Positions 61,763 through 64,000 of a stretch of DNA of 64,000 nucleotides are shown here, piece after piece. Position 1 is the first letter of the stretch. The number at the start of each line of letters is the position of its first letter. The position numbers and the translations under genes were made by a program. Below the pieces are notes generated by a model. That model had not been told where the DNA came from and made no database searches. It worked only from the letters and a program-made list of their open reading frames with translations. Origin of the DNA: an uncultured Rhodobacterales bacterium (GTDB taxonomy: Bacteria > Pseudomonadota > Alphaproteobacteria > Rhodospirillales > Rhodospirillaceae); the NCBI GenBank assembly GCA_964624075.1, contig CAZUWH010000006.1, forward strand, positions 603-64,602. Direction: 5' to 3'.

Positions 61763-63235
61763 ATGAAGAACGGGAAAGAGGCTGGTTCGGATCAATGGGA
61801 TCGCGTTCGCGGTCGCCTGCGCCAGGAAGTCGAAGACGCTGCCTACAAGAGTTGGGTCAAACCCATGGTCTTGACTGGTATTCGCGACGGAGAGGTGAAC
61901 ATCGGTGTGCCAACCCGTTTCATGCGGGATTTCGTGGCAACGCACTATGCGGATCGAATCCGTGCCTTGTGGAGCCATGTCGATCCAGCCATCCGGACGG
62001 TGAACTTCGTCGTCCACGCCATCCCACCCCTGCCGGCGGCAGGGCCGGTGGTCAGCCGGAGCCGGTCCGCACCCCGTTCGTCTGGAACAGATGGGGTGGG
62101 TGAGGGGGCCTCTGCACTCTCCGCCCCCCTGACCGAGCAACCGGCCTTGCCTTCTCCCGCCCCCGCCGCCGCGATGTCTATGACCCTGGGTTTCGACGAT
62201 CGTGAAGCTCTCTCGGCGTCGCTTGATCCGCGTTTCACTTTTGTCAATTTTATTGTCGGCAAGCCGAACGAATTCGCGCATGCCGCTGCCCGCCGGGTAG
62301 CCGATTCCGATCACGTTCCCTTCAATCCCCTGTTTCTCTACGGCGGCGTGGGCCTGGGCAAAACGCATCTGATGCATGCCATCGCCTGGCACATTCGCGA
62401 ACGGGCCCCGGCCCGCACCGTCATCTATCTGTCGGCAGAAAAGTTCATGTATCGATTCGTGCGGGCGTTGCGCTTCCAGGATACCATGGCTTTCAAGGAA
62501 CAGTTTCGCTCCGTTGACGTATTGATGATCGACGATGTCCAATTCATCGCCGGCAAGGATGCCACCCAGGAAGAGTTCTTCCACACTTTCAACGCACTCG
62601 TTGATCAGGGGCGCCAGATCGTGATTTCTGCAGACAAGTCGCCTGCCGACCTGGAAGGAATGGAGGAGCGCCTGCGCTCACGATTGGGATGCGGGCTGGT
62701 GGCTGATATTCATGCCACGACCTATGAACTGCGGCTTGGTATTCTTCAACACAAAGCGGAGCGGATTGGCATTGTCGTGCCCCTCAAGGTCATGGAATTT
62801 CTGGCTGGGAAGATCACCTCGAACGTGCGCGAGCTGGAGGGCGCCTTGAACCGGGTCGCCGCCCATGCCCAGCTCGTGGGACGCGATATAACCCTTGAAA
62901 CAACACAGGAATTGTTGCACGATCTGCTGAGATCTTACGACAGGCGTGTCACTGTTGAAGATATACAGCGAAAAGTAGCTGAACATTTCAATATCAAGGT
63001 TTCGGACATGAGTTCAGCCCGGCGCACGCGATTGGTGGCGCGGCCGCGGCAGGTCGCCATGTATCTGGCTAAAACCCTAACATCCCGCTCCCTGCCTGAA
63101 ATCGGACGCAGATTCGGCAACCGCGATCACACCACCGTGATGCATGCCGTGCGCAAGGTCGAGGAACTGATCGAAACCGATCCCAGCTTTGCCGAGGACG
63201 TGGAATTGCTGCGCCGCATGCTGGAACGATCATAA
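61763..63235 (+). CDS. dnaA: Chromosomal replication initiator DnaA
   Basis: WDRVRGRLRQEV...SWVKPM, FLYGGVGLGKTHLMHAI, IDDVQFIAGK, LEGALNRV, SRSLPEIGRRFGNRDHTTVMHAVRKV. Start MKNGKEAG (61763) inside ORF 61463..63235. Confidence 0.93.
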   Translation: MKNGKEAGSDQWDRVRGRLRQEVEDAAYKSWVKPMVLTGIRDGEVNIGVPTRFMRDFVATHYADRIRALWSHVDPAIRTVNFVVHAIPPLPAAGPVVSRSRSAPRSSGTDGVGEGASALSAPLTEQPALPSPAPAAAMSMTLGFDDREALSASLDPRFTFVNFIVGKPNEFAHAAARRVADSDHVPFNPLFLYGGVGLGKTHLMHAIAWHIRERAPARTVIYLSAEKFMYRFVRALRFQDTMAFKEQFRSVDVLMIDDVQFIAGKDATQEEFFHTFNALVDQGRQIVISADKSPADLEGMEERLRSRLGCGLVADIHATTYELRLGILQHKAERIGIVVPLKVMEFLAGKITSNVRELEGALNRVAAHAQLVGRDITLETTQELLHDLLRSYDRRVTVEDIQRKVAEHFNIKVSDMSSARRTRLVARPRQVAMYLAKTLTSRSLPEIGRRFGNRDHTTVMHAVRKVEELIETDPSFAEDVELLRRMLERS

Positions 63236-63464
63236 AGACGAGCCACCAGCGATGGGAAATACTCGATCCCCGTTCAGAGGGACCTCTGTGAATGCCAAGG
63301 GCTGCACATGGCATCACCCGGGTTTGCTCCCTGCGGGTCTGGTGGTCGTCCCCCCGCGTTGCGAGAAAACTGCTTCAGCAGCAAGAGGCGTATGATACAA
63401 TGTCCTTTTTCTTGCCGGCATGGCCGTATACGGGGAAACACAGCGAAGGAACGGTTTTCAGACC

Positions 63465-64000
63465 ATGAAACTGACGATTGAGCGTTCCATTCTTCTGAAG
63501 TCCCTGAGCCACGTTCAGGGCGTGGTTGAGAAGCGCACTACAGTTCCGATTCTTGCCAACATTCGTCTGGAAGCCGAATCCACTGGCCTCAGCCTTCAGG
63601 CAACCGACATGGATCTCGAAATCGCGGAAAACGTGGTCTGTGATGTCAGCCGTTCTGGTCAGACCACGGCTCCGGCCCACACGCTGTACGATATCGTCCG
63701 CAAGCTGCCCGAAGGGGCCAGGGTGGGGCTTGACCACCACGCGGAAAAGGGAGAGCTCGTTTTGCGCTCTGGCCGATCGCGATTTGTTTTGAAATGTCTG
63801 CCAGTCGATGATTTTCCTGCCATGACGGGGGGCACGCTGCCCTTTTCCTTCACGTTGCAGACGGCTGATTTGCGCAGCCTGCTGGAGCGAACCCGGTTTG
63901 CCATGTCAACCGAGGAAACCCGTTATTATCTGAACGGCATCTATTTTCATGCCGCACGCAGTGGCGGAGTCGATGTTCTGCGTGCCGTTGCCACCGATGG
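63465..64000 (+). CDS. dnaN: DNA polymerase III beta subunit (5' part; runs off the window)
   Basis: MKLTIERSILLKSLSHVQGVVEKRTTVPILANIRLEA...LQATDMDLEI...TRYYLNGIYFH. No stop before the window end. Confidence 0.9.
   Translation, partial: MKLTIERSILLKSLSHVQGVVEKRTTVPILANIRLEAESTGLSLQATDMDLEIAENVVCDVSRSGQTTAPAHTLYDIVRKLPEGARVGLDHHAEKGELVLRSGRSRFVLKCLPVDDFPAMTGGTLPFSFTLQTADLRSLLERTRFAMSTEETRYYLNGIYFHAARSGGVDVLRAVATD

Noticed and set aside
1-64000. CRISPR arrays, rRNA genes, prophage or defence-system gene clusters, toxin-antitoxin pairs.
   Set aside because: No regularly spaced direct repeats, no rRNA-like sequence, and no integrase, terminase, capsid, restriction, Cas, nuclease-helicase or small paired-ORF modules were recognisable in any frame.

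Overview
GC-rich alphaproteobacterial chromosome segment ending at rpsT-dnaA-dnaN. The taxonomic call rests on gene order (nuoN-birA-coaX-rnj-mce; dxr-rseP-bamA-skp-lpxD-fabZ-lpxA-lpxI) and the use of LpxI. The intact backbone is a DEAD-box helicase, aspS, fdxA-carD, the complete 14-gene nuoA-N operon, gltX, gltA, the bamA/lipid A cluster, ubiD, tRNA-Glu(CUC), rpsT, dnaA and the start of dnaN. I see no rRNA, CRISPR array, prophage or recognisable defence/toxin island. The main oddity is decay. At least nine loci are pseudogenes: sulfite reductase, DUF934, PAPS reductase, an IS1-like transposase, a small conserved protein, glpD, ctpA, a Cache-HAMP-GAF-GGDEF cyclase and an outer-membrane beta-barrel. 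They carry nonsense codons, frameshifts (often at homopolymers) and internal deletions that remove catalytic motifs. Other observations: lpxB is inverted relative to the rest of the lpx cluster, behind a ~0.8 kb insert with a 23-nt poly-C tract beside a -10-like hexamer and an orphan 134-aa ORF. A ~100-nt intergenic repeat family has three copies. There is a PPP-type phosphatase homologue with every metal-binding motif substituted, a candidate lipid A remodelling cassette (GT39 + PAP2), and several 11-12 nt tandem duplications in spacers. All family assignments come from reading translated motifs, with no database search. Gene starts are approximate, and some frameshifts could be homopolymer sequencing errors.
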